Positions 63,721 through 64,000 of a stretch of DNA of 64,000 nucleotides are shown here, piece by piece (the stretch's first letter is position 1; each line of letters opens with the position of its first letter). The stretch comes from Candidatus Peribacteria bacterium. Its GTDB lineage: Bacteria; Patescibacteriota; Gracilibacteria; Peribacterales; Peribacteraceae. Made by a program: the position numbers and the translations under genes. The DNA is taken from NCBI GenBank assembly GCA_041691135.1, contig JBEPVF010000002.1:192001-256000 (forward strand). The letters are read 5' to 3'. Under the pieces are notes generated by a model. The model did not search any database, was not told the DNA's origin, and saw nothing but the letters and a program-made list of their open reading frames with translations.

Positions 63721-64000
63721 CTAGATCTTCTCTTTCTGGCGGTCTAATCCTTTCATCACGTCAATCGAATAAAACACCAACGCAAACATCTGCGCGGCTG
63801 CGATCCATATTGGTAGATACCGGTATGACTGAAGGAAAGACGTATTGATCAGTTCGAGCAGAGATGCTCCAAGAAGATTGAGAAAGAAACAGAAAGACAC
63901 GCATGCATATAACACGGCGTAGCGTCGGTGCCTGAACGCAAGTGGCAGACCAAAAACCACGAAGGGAAACAGGTATCGCTCGTGCATTTCGGTTCCGATC
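63721..64000 (-). CDS. C-terminal part of a GT-C-like membrane protein (partial)
   Basis: MHERYLFP motif followed by TM helices; 5' end lies outside the window. Confidence 0.6.
   Translation of the reverse strand, partial: IGTEMHERYLFPFVVFGLPLAFRHRRYAVLYACVSFCFFLNLLGASLLELINTSFLQSYRYLPIWIAAAQMFALVFYSIDVMKGLDRQKEKI

Overview
Bacterial chromosomal segment in standard genetic code (TGA used as stop). Gene content and style suggest a CPR/Patescibacteria organism, probably Ca. Peribacteria; this is an inference from PilT, class F sortases, SLH/Calx-beta and Ser-rich surface proteins, GT-C glycosyltransferases, many ORFans, and pyrimidine-rich or leaderless starts mostly lacking SD. Housekeeping genes: typA, ogt, alkB-like, pilT, ligA, purB, ftsH, tRNA-Leu(GAG), H+ P-type ATPase. 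Most interesting: (1) two giant proteins (30704-34462, 48501-52739) carry a planctomycete-type 'F.P..E.LE[D/E]R..' N-terminal motif and have AT-richer, peptidoglycan-related C-termini (a CHAP-like domain followed by a coupled lipoprotein; a LysM domain), a candidate polymorphic host-targeting effector system; (2) an AT-rich cassette (EamA exporter, atypical PLP decarboxylase, 7-8TM protein, small protein, GAF histidine kinase) resembling a signal synthase/export/sensing module; (3) two sortase F-substrate pairs with non-canonical sorting signals; (4) an HtrA gene whose signal peptide is frameshifted at a T8 tract; (5) pervasive leaderless-type starts; (6) inverted 7-/9-mer micro-arrays. No CRISPR, rRNA, transposase or integrase was seen. 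All family calls are by motif recognition, without database searches.
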